Shown: positions 11,854 to 23,926 of the stretch, piece after piece | Layout: each line of letters begins with the position of its first letter | How positions within the stretch are numbered: position 1 is the first letter of the stretch | Assembly (NCBI RefSeq): GCF_039654945.1 | Contig: NW_027361768.1 | Location: 5,704,001 to 5,768,000 of the forward strand | Length of the DNA stretch: 64,000 nt | From: Dendrobates tinctorius | Taxonomy: Eukaryota | Reading direction: 5' to 3' | Notes under the pieces: generated by a model | What the model saw: the letters and a program-made list of their open reading frames with translations, nothing else | Told to the model about the DNA's origin: nothing | Databases searched by the model: none | Translations under genes and position numbers: made by a program

Positions 11854-12672
11854 TGTTGTGAGTTCATTTTTCCCTTCACCATTGAGGTCTGATGAACTCC
11901 CTCCTCTGGTGAAGGAAGGTAGTGAGGCTGATTACCAAACACATGGGCAGCTAGATGATGACTGGGTGGCTGGAATTGAGGACTGGATATAAGGCTGCCG
12001 ACGCCCTTCTTCCTGGCTGGTGATTTTCCTGCTGGATTCTTGGAGACCAGTCTGATTCCTGCATCTCAAAGCTAAGTTTTTCTGCTCTGCTTTGTACTCT
12101 TCAGTTTTGTTTTTGTTTTGCCTTGTTTTTTGGGAGTTCTGCCATCCCCGGCCGGGGGTGAGCTGAATTCCATTTTTGTCTCTGATCTGTTGATCTTTTG
12201 CTCTGTCTTCAGAATATACCTGAGTGCTGATATAGTCTTTTGAAGCCTAGCGACTTCAGGGCCTGTTTTTCCTATCAGTCTGTTGGCTCATTTTCATAGG
12301 GTTTTTGCGGATGGCAGACAGCAGCTTTCTTATCCTGTCCTATGTAGTTAGCTTGGGCCCCATCATTTGCTCAACCTATCTTTCTATCTGTGTTAGTGTT
12401 TTCATCTTGCTTCACCATCATTATATGTTGGGGGCTGCCTATTGCTTTGGGGTCTGCTCTGGGGCAGTTTAGTTTTTCCCCTTTCTGTCTTTAGGCTATA
12501 TAGTTCTCAGGCTGTGATCGAGGGGTCTAGGGCACCGTAGGAACCCCCACGGCTACTGCTAGTTGTTGTGGATAGGTTCAGGGGTCTGCAATCCGATAGC
12601 TGCCAACCTCTCTGGTTTTTCTGGACTTAGCTTGTATTTTGTTTTTTCCTCCTTCGGTGACTCATCATAACA
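11854..12672 (+). mobile_element. Solo LTR (819 bp), family X, 6-bp TSD
   Basis: TGTTGTGA...TCATAACA termini; perfect acgcgg at 11848-11853 and 12673-12678; TATA-like gatataagg at ~11986. Confidence 0.9.
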
Positions 12673-14696
12673 ACGCGGCACATGAATTGCCGGCTTTTCA
12701 AATGCGATTGATGTGTGAAAATCAGACAGCACTCGGATGGTTCGAGTGCTGTGTGATTTTTTTCACACCCATTGACTTCTATAGCGGGATGCGATCCGAT
12801 TTCCGATTACAATCTCAGCATGCTGCGACTTTTTTCCAGTCCGATTGTGATCCGATCCACCTGGAAAAAAAAACGCAAATGAACACACAATCATAGAATA
12901 ATACTGGTCCAAATTCAATTCAATTTTTTATCGGATTGCACTTGTCCAATTTTATCGCAAGTGTGAATGAGCCCTTAGGCTGGAGTCACACTTGCGAGTG
13001 TGAAGCGAGAAACTCGCGCAAGTCTCTGGCATCAATACCACACTCAGACACAGTGCTTTTCTCTTGGGAGCAATATAAGGCATCACAGGAAGCATTTCTA
13101 TTTAACCCCTTCACTCACGGGCCTGTTTTCACCTTCATGACTGGCCAAATTTTACAATTTGACCAGTGTCAATTTATGTGGTAATAACTCTGTAACGCTT
13201 CAATGGATCCCACTTATTCGAAAACTGTTTTCTTGTGACATATTATATTTCATTATAGTCGCAAAATTTATTTGATATGACTTTTTCGTATTTGCGAAAA
13301 AAATGGAAATTTGTCAAAAATTTTGCAACTTTCAAATTTATATTTTTGTGCACCTTAATCAGAGAGTTATATCACACAAAATACTTATTATTACTTAACA
13401 ACTTATTAATAAGTTATAAGAATAACTTATAACAAGTAATTATAACAAGTATTATAACAACAACTTGTTATATCTTATAACAAGTAATTCTTATAATAAC
13501 TTATTATTTCCTAACAAATAAGTAATTATTATAAAGGTAACAGGAAAAAATTGACCCAAAAGTATGTAGTGAAATTTCTCCTGACGATACCCCATATGTG
13601 GGGGTAAATCACTGTTTTGGTATATGGCAGGGCTCGGAAAGGAAGGAGCGCCATTTGACTTTTTGAATGTAAAATTTGCTGGATTAATTAGCTGACGCCA
13701 TGTTGCATTTGGAGAGCCACAGATGTGCCTAAACTGTAGAAAACCCCCACAAGTGACACCATTTTGGAAACTAGACCTGTCAAGAAACTTATCTAGATGT
13801 GTGGTGAGCACCTTCAACCCCCAGGTGCTTCACAGAATTTTATAACATTAAGCCATGAAAATAAAAACAATAACATTTTCAGTACAAAAATATTTTTTCC
13901 AGGACTTCCACCTGACAGCACCATGGAGGACGTCCCCCTCCTCCTTACAGGGACAGGAAAAGCACACGAGAGGTTAAAAGGTCATGTCCCACCCCCTCTC
14001 CCTCAGTGTTTTCCTGTCCCTGCACGGAGGGACACACGAGAGACCGCTGTGAACTTACCGGAGGGGCTCAGGGGATCGTGCGGCCAGTCCAATCCTTCCC
14101 CTGTCAAGAGGTCCCAGGGCCGAAACTCCCCGAGGGGGAGTCCCTCTGCTCCAAAGGCCAGGAGCAGGATGACACTCCTGGAGGGAGCCGTTCCTCCCTG
14201 TTGGAGGCTCTCTGCTCCATGATACTCCACCATAGCAGGCGAAGGTCGGCTCCCCGTAGGCGGCTGGCCGGGCGGGCGGGCACCAACAGAGAAACAGCGC
14301 AGTTGGCGCAGGCTGCGGCTCCAGCAGTCCGCCATAGCAGGCGGAGGTCGGCTCCCCGCAGGCAGCTGGCCGAGCGGGCACCGGCGGCAGATCAGCGCGG
14401 TTGGGCGCAGGCGCAGCCCGGGCAGGAAGTGGAAGGAGGCGGCCTATCGAGAAAGTTCGTGTTATGTCCGGTGACGTCGCACGCCGGGTTTGAATTCCAG
14501 CGTGCGCTCCAGAGGCCCACATCGCTCTGGAAGCACAGATCGCGCAGGATGGAAGGAAACGCTCCGGCAGGTGGAGGGGTAAGTGCGCCTGGCGCAGACC
14601 ACCCTCCCCACACCCATTTCCGTAGCCCGGGACTGAGACGGTTACCCCATCTTGTATTATTAGGATAAGGGAACCCCAGCAGAATCCCCCTCTGGG

Positions 14697-16097
14697 GTGA
14701 AGGACCCGGCTAAAGCCACCTCCAAGTCGGTCCGATGCCCCGTATGCAGGATAAAGCTGCCAGACACCTATAACAAGACCCTATGCGGGCCCTGTACCTC
14801 TAAGGTCATAGTCGAGGAACAACCATCCCTCCTTTCCGAGATGAGATCATTGATAAGGGAGGAAGTCCAGGCCTCTAGAGCCAGCCTCGCACGACGTCAG
14901 TCCCCCAGCCCAGGGCCGAGCCGCAAGCACCCAAGGTGGGAAGCAGATCCAGTTTCGGAAGCAAGCCCTAGCGAGGAGTCCGACTTCCGTGATTCAGATC
15001 AGGGGGAAGAAGGCGAGATCCCGGGGGATAGACAGGACCAGGGCAGGAAGTACCTGTTCAGACTGGAGGACATGGACGAGTTGGTCCAAGCAGTCAGAAA
15101 TACTATGCAAATGGAGGAAATCCCTAAACCGCAGTCCAGACAGGACTTAATGTTTGGAGGACTGGTGGCTTGGAGACAGGTCGTGTTCCCCGTAAGTGAG
15201 CACATCAAGACGATGGTCCAGGAGGAGTGGAAAGAGGCAGAACGTTGGTTGATTCTCTCCCGAGACTTTAAGAATAGACTGCCTTTTGATCCCGAGGAAA
15301 CACGGGCATGGGACGAAGTCCCTAAAATAGACGTTCCAGTAGCCAAGGTTACCAAGAAGACGGCCATCCCATTTGAGGACTCGTCAAGTCTCCAAGACCC
15401 AATGGATAGGAAGGCGGACGTCTTGTTAAAAAGAACATGGGAGACGTCGGCGGCTCTTATTAGGGCCAATATAGCAGCCACCTCGGTGGCCAGGTCTATG
15501 TTTTTGTGGATGGGGCAGTTGGAGGAGCACCTAACCAACAAGACCCCTAGATCAGAGATCCTAGCATCACTTCCCCTTATGAAATCGGCCACGGCGTTCC
15601 TATCGGATACGTCGGCGGAGTCAGTGAGGTTTGCAGCCAGAAACAGCTCCCTCACTAATGCAGCCCGAAGAGCAGTCTGGCTTAAATCCTGGTCGGGAGA
15701 TAACGCCTCTAAAACAAAGCTATGCGCTATCCCCTTCTCGGGCCTGAGGGTATTTGGTCAAGCCCTAGATAACATTCTAGAGCAAGTGTCCGATAAAAAT
15801 AAAGGGTTCCCAGAGGAAAAACCCAAGCGGCCCCAGTCCTTTCGGAGAGTCTCCTTCTCTAGAAGACAGACGGACTTCAGGGGTCGGGCTAGGTCCAATA
15901 GAGGCTTCTATAGGAGCTCCTACAGCCAGGGTGGGAGGAACAAGGGTTCCCTGTTCACATCAACATCCAGATCTAGGAGGCAATTACGCCATAGGTATTG
16001 GGGGAGACTGCCCCACTTCGCAGCAAACTGGTCCCGAATCACCCACAATCAGTGGGTCCTCAGAACCATCGCAGAGGGCTACAGTATAGAGCTCTAG
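14697..16097 (+). CDS. gag: DIRS Gag-like ORF1 (N-terminal CxxC...CxxC, LAP2alpha-like C-terminal domain); runs into the pol frame
   Basis: CPVC...LCGPC, PKIDVPVAKV, DPMDRKAD, AARRAVWLKSW, PFSG..FG motifs. Confidence 0.8.
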   Translation: MKDPAKATSKSVRCPVCRIKLPDTYNKTLCGPCTSKVIVEEQPSLLSEMRSLIREEVQASRASLARRQSPSPGPSRKHPRWEADPVSEASPSEESDFRDSDQGEEGEIPGDRQDQGRKYLFRLEDMDELVQAVRNTMQMEEIPKPQSRQDLMFGGLVAWRQVVFPVSEHIKTMVQEEWKEAERWLILSRDFKNRLPFDPEETRAWDEVPKIDVPVAKVTKKTAIPFEDSSSLQDPMDRKADVLLKRTWETSAALIRANIAATSVARSMFLWMGQLEEHLTNKTPRSEILASLPLMKSATAFLSDTSAESVRFAARNSSLTNAARRAVWLKSWSGDNASKTKLCAIPFSGLRVFGQALDNILEQVSDKNKGFPEEKPKRPQSFRRVSFSRRQTDFRGRARSNRGFYRSSYSQGGRNKGSLFTSTSRSRRQLRHRYWGRLPHFAANWSRITHNQWVLRTIAEGYSIEL

Positions 16098-17866
16098 TCT
16101 CCTCCCCCCGACAGATATGTTGCCCCCACCGTTGTCCTGGCGGACTCCGCAATGTGGACGGATCTTCAGGACATGGTCAACTCAAAAGTTATAGTACCAG
16201 TTCCCCCGACGGAAAGAGGAAGAGGGCATTACTCTTCCCTGTTCTCGATCGCAAAACCATCCGGCGAGGCCCGTACCATCATAAACCTGAAACCACTAAA
16301 TGCCTGGGTCAGGTACAAGAGATTCTGAATGGAATCAATCCAATCCGCAATACTCCTAATAGACAGGGACGCAGTTATGTGCACCCTAGACCTAAAGAAG
16401 GCATACTATCAGGTCCCTTTCCATCCCTCATCCCAGAGGCTACTAAGGTTTGCGGTCAGTTTGCCAGCCCGGACATGCCACTTCCAGTTTCAGTGCCTTC
16501 CATTTGGGTTAGCTTCAGCTCCCAGAATCTTTACAAAACTGGTGGTGGAGATGGTAGCCTACCTGAGGGATCAAGGTATCGTGATCATTCCATATCTAGA
16601 CGACTTCCTACTGGTGGTAAGGTCAGAAGAAGCGCTCATTCGAGACAGAAACAGAGCAACGACCGTAATGGAGTCCCTTGGCTGGGTGATCAATTGGACG
16701 AAGTCGGACCTCAGGCCAGACACAAAGAAAGTATTCCTCGGAGTCCTTCTAGACTCGGCCAGCAGAATATCCCGGCTACCCGAGAGGAAGCAGAAAACTA
16801 TTCAGGCCAGGGTCAGAGATCTGTTGGAGCGACAAGGCTCCATAAGAGAGGCAATGGAAGTTTTGGGCCTCATGACGGCCTGCATCCCATGTGTCCGATG
16901 GGTGCAGTTCCACTCGAGATCATTACAGAGGGAGATCCTCGCAAAGTGGGACAGAAGGCAGACGTTGCTCGACAAACCCCTATGGCTTCCAGAACGGGTG
17001 AAAGAGTCCTTACGGTGGTGGACACAGCCCAGAAACCTTCAGGTGGGCGTACTATGGATAAACTCTCCATACGTGATAGTCACCACGGACGCCAGTATGT
17101 GGAGATGGGGAGCCCACATAGAAGGGAAGATCTCCCAGGGAAGACGGCCAGTAGACATCAGGACCAGATCATCCAATTTCATATAGCTCTACGCGGTCTG
17201 GGAAGCGCTGCGGCAAAACCAGGCGGTACTAAGGAATCGTCACGTTCGCATATTATCCAACAATGTAACGGCAGTGGCATTCCTGAAACACCAGGGAGGG
17301 TCCAGACATCAACCACTGCAGGCCCTGGCGGGAAGAATATTTGCTTGGGCAGAACGAACAGTCCAATCAGTAACCGCAGTGCACTTAGAAGTTTCCCAGA
17401 ACGAAGTAGCAGACTACTTGAGCAGACAACAGATCCACCTGACAGAGTGGGAACTGAACGGGGAAATCTTCAACATCTCTGTCAGCGTTGGGGGACCCCC
17501 AGTATAGATCTATTTGCACGCTGAAAGATTGCAAAGGTTCCCAGATTCTGCTCCATGAATGCGGCGGACCATTCGGAGGCCGTAGATGCCCTGAGCCAGA
17601 CTTGGGGAGAGCCCCTCTCTTATGCATTACCACCACTGGCTCTCATACCGGCAGTGCTCAGGAAGATACGTGAGGACCACGCAAGAGTGATGTTGATCGT
17701 CCCATACTGGACAAGGAGAAGCTGGTTTTCCCTGCTAGGAGCCATGGCAGTAGGAAATCCAGTTGAACTACCCCGGTGGAAGGACATCATTCACCAGGGC
17801 CCGATCCACCATCCGAACCCAGCAAGACTCCACCTATCAGCTTGGATCCTGAGAGGGACATCCTGA
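15990..17866 (+). pseudogene. pol: DIRS RT - RNase H - methyltransferase-like ORF, disrupted
   Basis: LDLKKAYYQV, LPFGLASAPRIFTK, PYLDDFL, TTDAS..WGAH, IDLFAR, YALPP; stops at ~16095, 16326 and 17184 plus frameshifts. Confidence 0.9.
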
Positions 17867-18882
17867 AGGCAAAGGGGTTGTCGGATCAGGTCATTTCCAC
17901 CCTACAGGCCAGTAGGAAGCCGGTGACATCCGCAATCTATCGAAGGATATGGAAAAGATTCTGTCTGGAGGGTGGCAGGTCCGATCTTGTGGCAGGCACC
18001 CCTGACCTCCCTAGCATACTAAACTTTTTGCAGTCAGGGTTTAATAAAGGCCTTAAGCCCAGCACTCTAAAAGTCCAGATTTCGGCCTTGAGTGCCTTCT
18101 TCAATTACCAGTTAGCTTCCCATCCCTGGGTAACAAGATTCATAAGAGCCACGTAGCGCCTGCACCCCACGATTAGGCAGCTCACCCCACCTTGGGACCT
18201 GTGCCTGGTACTCAGGTTTCTCTGTACAGACCCCTACGCCCCCAGCGAGAAAATAACAATCTATTCTCTTACTCATAAGACGGCCTTCCTGGTAGCCATT
18301 ACTACGGCCTAAAGAATAGGGGAGATCCATGCCCTGTCCACTAAGGACCCATATCTCCAGATAAGAGACAACTGTATAATCTTAAGATTGGACCCGGCAT
18401 TTATCCCAAAGGTAGCCTCTTCTAAAAACATAAACCAGGAGATAGTGTTGCCATCTTTCTGCGATAATCCCCGTAATAAAAAGGAAGAGCGTCTTCACTC
18501 ACTGGATGTGAGGCGCGCAGTCCAAGACTATCTTAAGGCCACCAATAGTTGGCGCATTGACCCAAATCTGTTCATCCTTTTTGGGGGTAAAAATAAGGGG
18601 AAAAAAGCCTCTAAGGCGTCCATCACACAATGGATTACCTCAGTAATCTCTGACGCCTACCAAGCCGAAGGCGCCAGTCCACCAAATTCCTTAAAGGCCC
18701 ACTCTACGAGGGCAGTATCGGCCTCAAGGGCCGAACGGGCGGGGGCCTCGGTCGATCAAATCTGTAGAGCAGCAACCTGGGCCAATCTTAATACATTCTG
18801 TAAGCACTCTAAGCTTGATGTGTTATCTGGTCAACAGACCACATTTGGGAGAAAAGTTCTCCAGGCGGTAATCCTACCCTGA
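17850..18882 (+). pseudogene. DIRS tyrosine recombinase, disrupted
   Basis: FLVAITTA*RIGEIHAL, LDVRRA, KAHSTRA, AATW...TFCKHS; stops at ~18154 and ~18310. Confidence 0.9.
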
Positions 18883-19732
18883 GGAGGTGCTTTGGTACTC
18901 TCCATGGTGCTGTCAGGTGGACATCCTGGAAAATAGGTATTAGACCTACCGGTAATGATGTTTCCAGGAGTCCATCCTGACAGCACGGGTAGTTCCTGAC
19001 CTATTTATGTTATCTTATGATTATTTCTTGTCATATGCTGTAATATGATTGTTTCATTAAAGTGTAACTTGCATTATCCACGTTGTGGTACTTGTTAAAT
19101 CACTGAGGGAGAGGGGGTGGGACATGACCTTTTAACCTCTCGTGTGCTTTTCCTGTCCCTGTAAGGAGGAGGGGGACATCCTCCCTGGTGCTGTCAGGAT
19201 GGACTCCTGGAAACATCATTACCGATAGGTCTAATACCTATTTTTATCCCAAATTTTGCATTTTCACAAAGGTAACAGGAGAAATTGCATTCCATACAAT
19301 TTGTTGAGCAATTTCTCCTGAGTATGCAGATACCCCATATGTAGGGGTAAAATGTTCTTTAGGTTCACGACTTGGCTCAGGATAGAAGGAGTGATATTTT
19401 GGAATGCAGACTTTGATGGAATGGTCTGGTCATGTCTTATTTTGAGGGCCTCTGATGTACCTAAGCAGTGGAAAACCCCACAAGTGATCCCATTTTGGAA
19501 GCTAGACCCCTTAAGGAATGTTTCCAGATGTGTGGTGAGCACCTTGAACTCCCAGCTGCTTCACAGAAGTTTATAACGTAGAGCAGTGAAAATAAAAAAC
19601 ACATTTTTCCCACAAAGATATTATTTTAGCCCCAATGTATTTAGTTTCACAAGAATAGCAGGAGAAAATTTATTGTGCAGTTTTTCCAGAGTACATTTAT
19701 ACCACATATGTGATCGAAAAACTACTTTTGAG

Positions 19733-19968
19733 TAGAGATGAGCGAATTTGTTCAGATTTTGGTCTCAAATTTGATTTTGACATATTCGACCCATATTCGA
19801 GCACTATTCGTGCTGAATGTATGTCTTATGATCGATTCTGAACATATTCTGTAATTTCTACTCCCATTGACTCTAATGGTGTTCGGCTGTGTTCGACGAA
19901 TAATGAAAAATCAAAATTCGAATCCGATCATATTTGGACCCGAATCCAAGCAAATTCGCTCATCTCCA
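19733..19968. mobile_element. hAT MITE (236 bp)
   Basis: TIR tagagatgagcgaatttg / caaattcgctcatctcca; perfect 8-bp TSD cttttgag (19725-19732, 19969-19976). Confidence 0.95.
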
Positions 19969-21736
19969 CTTTTGAGGCACAGTGCAAAGCTCAGAAGGGA
20001 AGAAGCGCCATGTTTGAGTTCACATTTTGCTGGACTGGTTTGAGGATGCCATGTCACACCTGAGGTGCCAAAACAGCAGAACTCCCCCATAAGAGACCCC
20101 ATTTTACAAGCTACACCTCTCAATGAATTTATCTAGAAGTTCAGTGATCATATTAACACCACAGGTGAGTAACATAATTTTATACCTTTGGGCAATGAAG
20201 AAAAAATTAATTATATTTTTGAAACCAAAACTTTGTTTTATCCCCAGATTTTACATGTTCACATGGTAAAATGGGCAAAAATGGAACTAAAATGTGTCCC
20301 ACAATTTTTGCTGAATGTAGAAATGCTACAAATGTGTCTGTACCGTACTGCGTAGCCATACAGTGAGACTCAGGATGGAATGGAGCGCTCTTGGCAAATA
20401 GCGCTCCATCCTTCCCGAGTCTCGCCATATGGCTAAGCAGTGCTGTTATACAAGAGGCATGCTGGAGCGCAGAATTTTCTATAACAGCTTGCAGACTCAA
20501 TGTACAGAGCCCCTAAATTCTAGAAGAGCAAAACACCCCTCAAATGACATAATTTTGACACACTGTGGGACTCAGAAGGGAGGAAGCATTTGGATTTGGG
20601 AGCACAGAATTTGGTGAACTTCTTTTTGGGGGACAAGGGCCATTTCACTTTTCAAGAGCCTTTGTGCTAGTAGTAAAGTGGAAACCCCCTATCTTTCCAT
20701 TAACAAATGATGGACCTGAGTGAGGACTTGCTTTTTTGTGGATTGAATTGAAGCTTTTATTGGGAACATTTTACATAATGATTTGAATTACATTTATCCG
20801 GCGCTCTACACTGAGCACTTACATCAGGGTTTCCCTTTAAATCTTCAAGTAATGCAATTCAGATGAAACCCCCAAGGGAGCCACTCATTATAATGAGACA
20901 ACAGGCTTACTCTGGACTGGATAGCTTTTTGGTCCTCATTGCAATCTCTAGGCTGCAGCCCAGTGCATCACGTGTCTCTGACTTCACACAGGTCCTGTGC
21001 TGACAAGCATAGTGTGAAGTTCAGGCACCTAGTTCAGTGTGTTTTCCCACCCAGCCTGCCATTAGAGCGACTGCTGCCACCGGCCGGGGTAGCATCGCTA
21101 ACAGGATTACTGCAGTTCTTAAGCAGGAAGCATTTAATCGGCAACCCACTGGAGGAGTGTTATTATTTACAGAAGGACTTTTGGGACCTCCAAACACAGA
21201 ATCAGTGTTCACTTGTGAGACTGAGCCCGCCCTCCCCCTCTGTGGCTGTTAACCCCTACTGCTTTACAAGGTAATCTTGGTTTCTTGCACTACAATTGGC
21301 ATTAGCATCCAAAGGGATATATATTACTTTTTTAGTGTTACTTATTGTTGTTCTCTGCCCAAACCTGGTTCTTTTATTGTGCTCCAGACTTTGATTTTTT
21401 TTTTTTCCTCTTCAAATTCATTTGAGTAAGACAATAGATACCAGTGACTCTAAGCACAGTAGTAATTCATTTATCTATACAGATTTTCCCTTTGACATCT
21501 ATGGTGACTGGTGTCTTTCTACTTTTGCTGCTGGAGTCCCTATACATACTTGAGCGACACTGAGGTTTTTATATTATATTACTCTGGAATTTGTCTGGCC
21601 ACTGTTTTTTTCAGAGGTGCAGAAAACTCTGGCTCACTGCATTTTTATGCACTCCTAATAAAAAGACTGCCTCTCTCTGCCTCATTATAGGGAATCTTCT
21701 ATGGGGGTCCATCTGAATCATGTATTTCAGAGATTT

Positions 21737-22147
21737 ACACCAAAATCACGATGTATGCACTCAGGGCATAGTCAGGTAACGTTTCGAGGTCAGAATACCA
21801 GGAGGATAACAGATCAGTGCAGAAAGGGTTAAACATACGGATGGTCAGAATGAGGTCCAAGGTCAGGCAACAAAAGATCAACATACAGAACGCAAGGCAC
21901 AGAGGAACAAACCACACTTAGCTGAATGTACATCTGACAGAGGTCTTGGAGAAACAGCTCAGTTAAGTAGCATGGCAATCACCTGGGATAATGAACACTT
22001 GGAGTCAGTCAGCAGCCCCCAGTCTCAGATTGGATTGTCAAGCTGCTGATCAAAGCACCGACAGCTTCAGCACACCCCTGTACCAAATTGAATGTCCGAG
22101 CTGTTAATAACTGTATTTCAGACACACTGAGGGGTAGAACTGTGACA
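21737..22147 (-). mobile_element. Probable Gypsy LTR fragment
   Basis: Ends in tgtgaca; ggtcagaat/aggtcaggcaac motifs typical of reversed LTR U5 regions. No TSD seen. Confidence 0.35.
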
Positions 22148-22552
22148 ATAACACCAACACATTTTTAAACAAGACTTTTGAGGGTTATATACCACCAAAA
22201 TGTACCAAATAGCAATAATACTTTATGGATAAGCAATATAATATTGAAAAATTTTTGAGCAATTGTTTGGTGGGTTAGAGACCACCAAAATACACCAAAG
22301 AAGATGTAATACCCTATGGATGAACAATATAATAACATTTTTTACCAAGTTTTATGAAGGATATATAGCTATGAAATGTACCTTAGAACTCGTTATATTG
22401 TATGGATGAGCAATATAATATTGATATATTTTTTAACAATTTTGAAGGGTTATTTACCACTAAAATGTACCCACCAATATGTTAAAATATATGTGTAAGC
22501 AATATAAAACCAATACATTTTTGAACAATTTTTTTGAGGGTTATATAGCAAC
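22148..22552 (+). repeat. ~88-bp degenerate tandem repeat, segment 1
   Basis: Unit gagggttatataccaccaaaatgtacc...tatggatgagcaatataat recurs at ~22181, 22271, 22357, 22446 and 22537. Confidence 0.85.
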
Positions 22553-23291
22553 TAGTGATGAGCAAGCATAGTCGGTAATGCTCAGTACTGTCCCAAGCAT
22601 CACTGTACTCGCCGTGCTCAATTTCCAGGATTATTTGTCAGAAGCTTGGCTCCCTGCCCTGCATGTTTGATGCTCTTTAGAGCACCAATCAATATGTAGG
22701 GATTGTCTGCCATGCACTGTAATGTCACAGTGATCTTTGTTTTGGTATACAGTGATTGGCTGGCCACACAGCGTCATCCGATCTATAAGAGACCTGGTGC
22801 CACCATGCTCGTCACGTCACCTCCGGAATCGGCAAGTGTAGGGAGAGCTGCTGCCGAGATAGGGTCAGATTTAGGGGTTTATAAATTAGTGTGGGTATAC
22901 CTTAATAGAATACACAAATCCAGCTAAATCAAAAGTCCTTCTAAGGACTAATTACGGGGTATATAGATTGTAGTGATAGGTAGGCAGGGAGTGTATATGG
23001 GTATATACATATCAGTATAAGGCATGGATGCACTGTGTGTGGGTATATAGATATCACTGCTAGTCAGGCAGGCATTGTATATGGCATACTTCATACATCA
23101 AGAAGGCCCATTCCATTACAGTCTGCTGCTGCCTATTACATATATTGAACATATATACATAGCCCCAGGTATCAGTGGCCAGGAATAATTTTCTTGCATC
23201 TTAATCCTGATTATTTTATTCAAATGAAATCCAGAGCACACTTTTTTCTCCATTTGCTTGTTGACACTGCAGAACACAGCCAGATCCCTTA

Positions 23292-23574
23292 AATAATAAT
23301 CTTTATTTTTATATATCGCTAACCATATTCCGCAGTGCTTTACAGTTTGCACACATTATCATCACTGTTCCCGATGGGGCTCTATATTCCCTATCAGTAT
23401 GTCTTTTTGGAAAGTGGGAGGAAATCAGAGTACTCAGAGGAAACCCACACAAACAGAGGAAGAACATACAAACTTCTTGCAGATGTTGTCCTTGGTGGGA
23501 TTTGAACCCAGGAGATTTGAACCCAGGACTCCAGCACTGCAAGGCTGCAGTGCTAACCACTGAGCCACCATGCT
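23292..23574 (-). mobile_element. tRNA-derived V-SINE
   Basis: A box ggtggctcagtggttagc, B box gggttcaaatc (duplicated), V-domain gtttgtatgttct...tgggtttcctc...ttcctcccac, L2-like tail tgtaaagcactgcggaatatg...aataaagattattatt. Confidence 0.85.
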
Positions 23575-23926
23575 AAGTGTATACAGTGTGAAAATCCAGC
23601 TATTTTAAATGGGATTGCCCGTCCCAGTGATCACATCTGAGTGCGCAGAAAATTCTGACATTTTTGTGATACTGTAAAAATTTTTTGGAGTGCCTTATAC
23701 AATTTCTTGATACCATTTTGCAGCCAAAAATTATTTAGCTGCCAAAAACATATTTAGCTACAGAACAGATATTTTCCATGGGGTTTGGTCCACCACACGG
23801 ATCGCATATCATTGCGGTCAAAATTGTGCCATTTCAGGCCTCCATAGAATTGTTTTTGTTGTGTCTCAGCCTACTTATTGACACAATTTTACTGGCCAAA
23901 AAAAAATATAGGTCAGATATTTGAAA

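Larger units (their letters stand above)
13894..19243 (+). mobile_element. Full-length degenerate DIRS1-like tyrosine-recombinase retrotransposon
   Basis: Inverted terminal repeats (~13894-14008 / ~19101-19213) plus right extension to ~19243. Internal complementary region ~18897-18987 joins both ends. Gene order gag, RT/RH/MT, YR. Inserted at an ATTT run. Confidence 0.95.
13102..20700 (+). mobile_element. Non-autonomous piggyBac-like element with internal ~330-bp units, interrupted by DIRS and a hAT MITE
   Basis: Begins TTAA-CCCCTTCA at 13102; same internal units as 2020-2799. The right terminus was not found. Confidence 0.5.

Noticed and set aside
14003-14668. GC-rich ORFs on both strands
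   Set aside because: DIRS 5' leader with a short duplication; no recognisable domain.
14697-16097. Host LAP2alpha-like gene
   Set aside because: It is DIRS gag within ITRs and ICR.
20930-21560. Possible further Penelope terminal-repeat remnant
   Set aside because: No ORF, intact ribozyme core or TSD could be identified.
23500-23574. tRNA gene
   Set aside because: The A and B boxes are the head of a V-SINE; no full cloverleaf.
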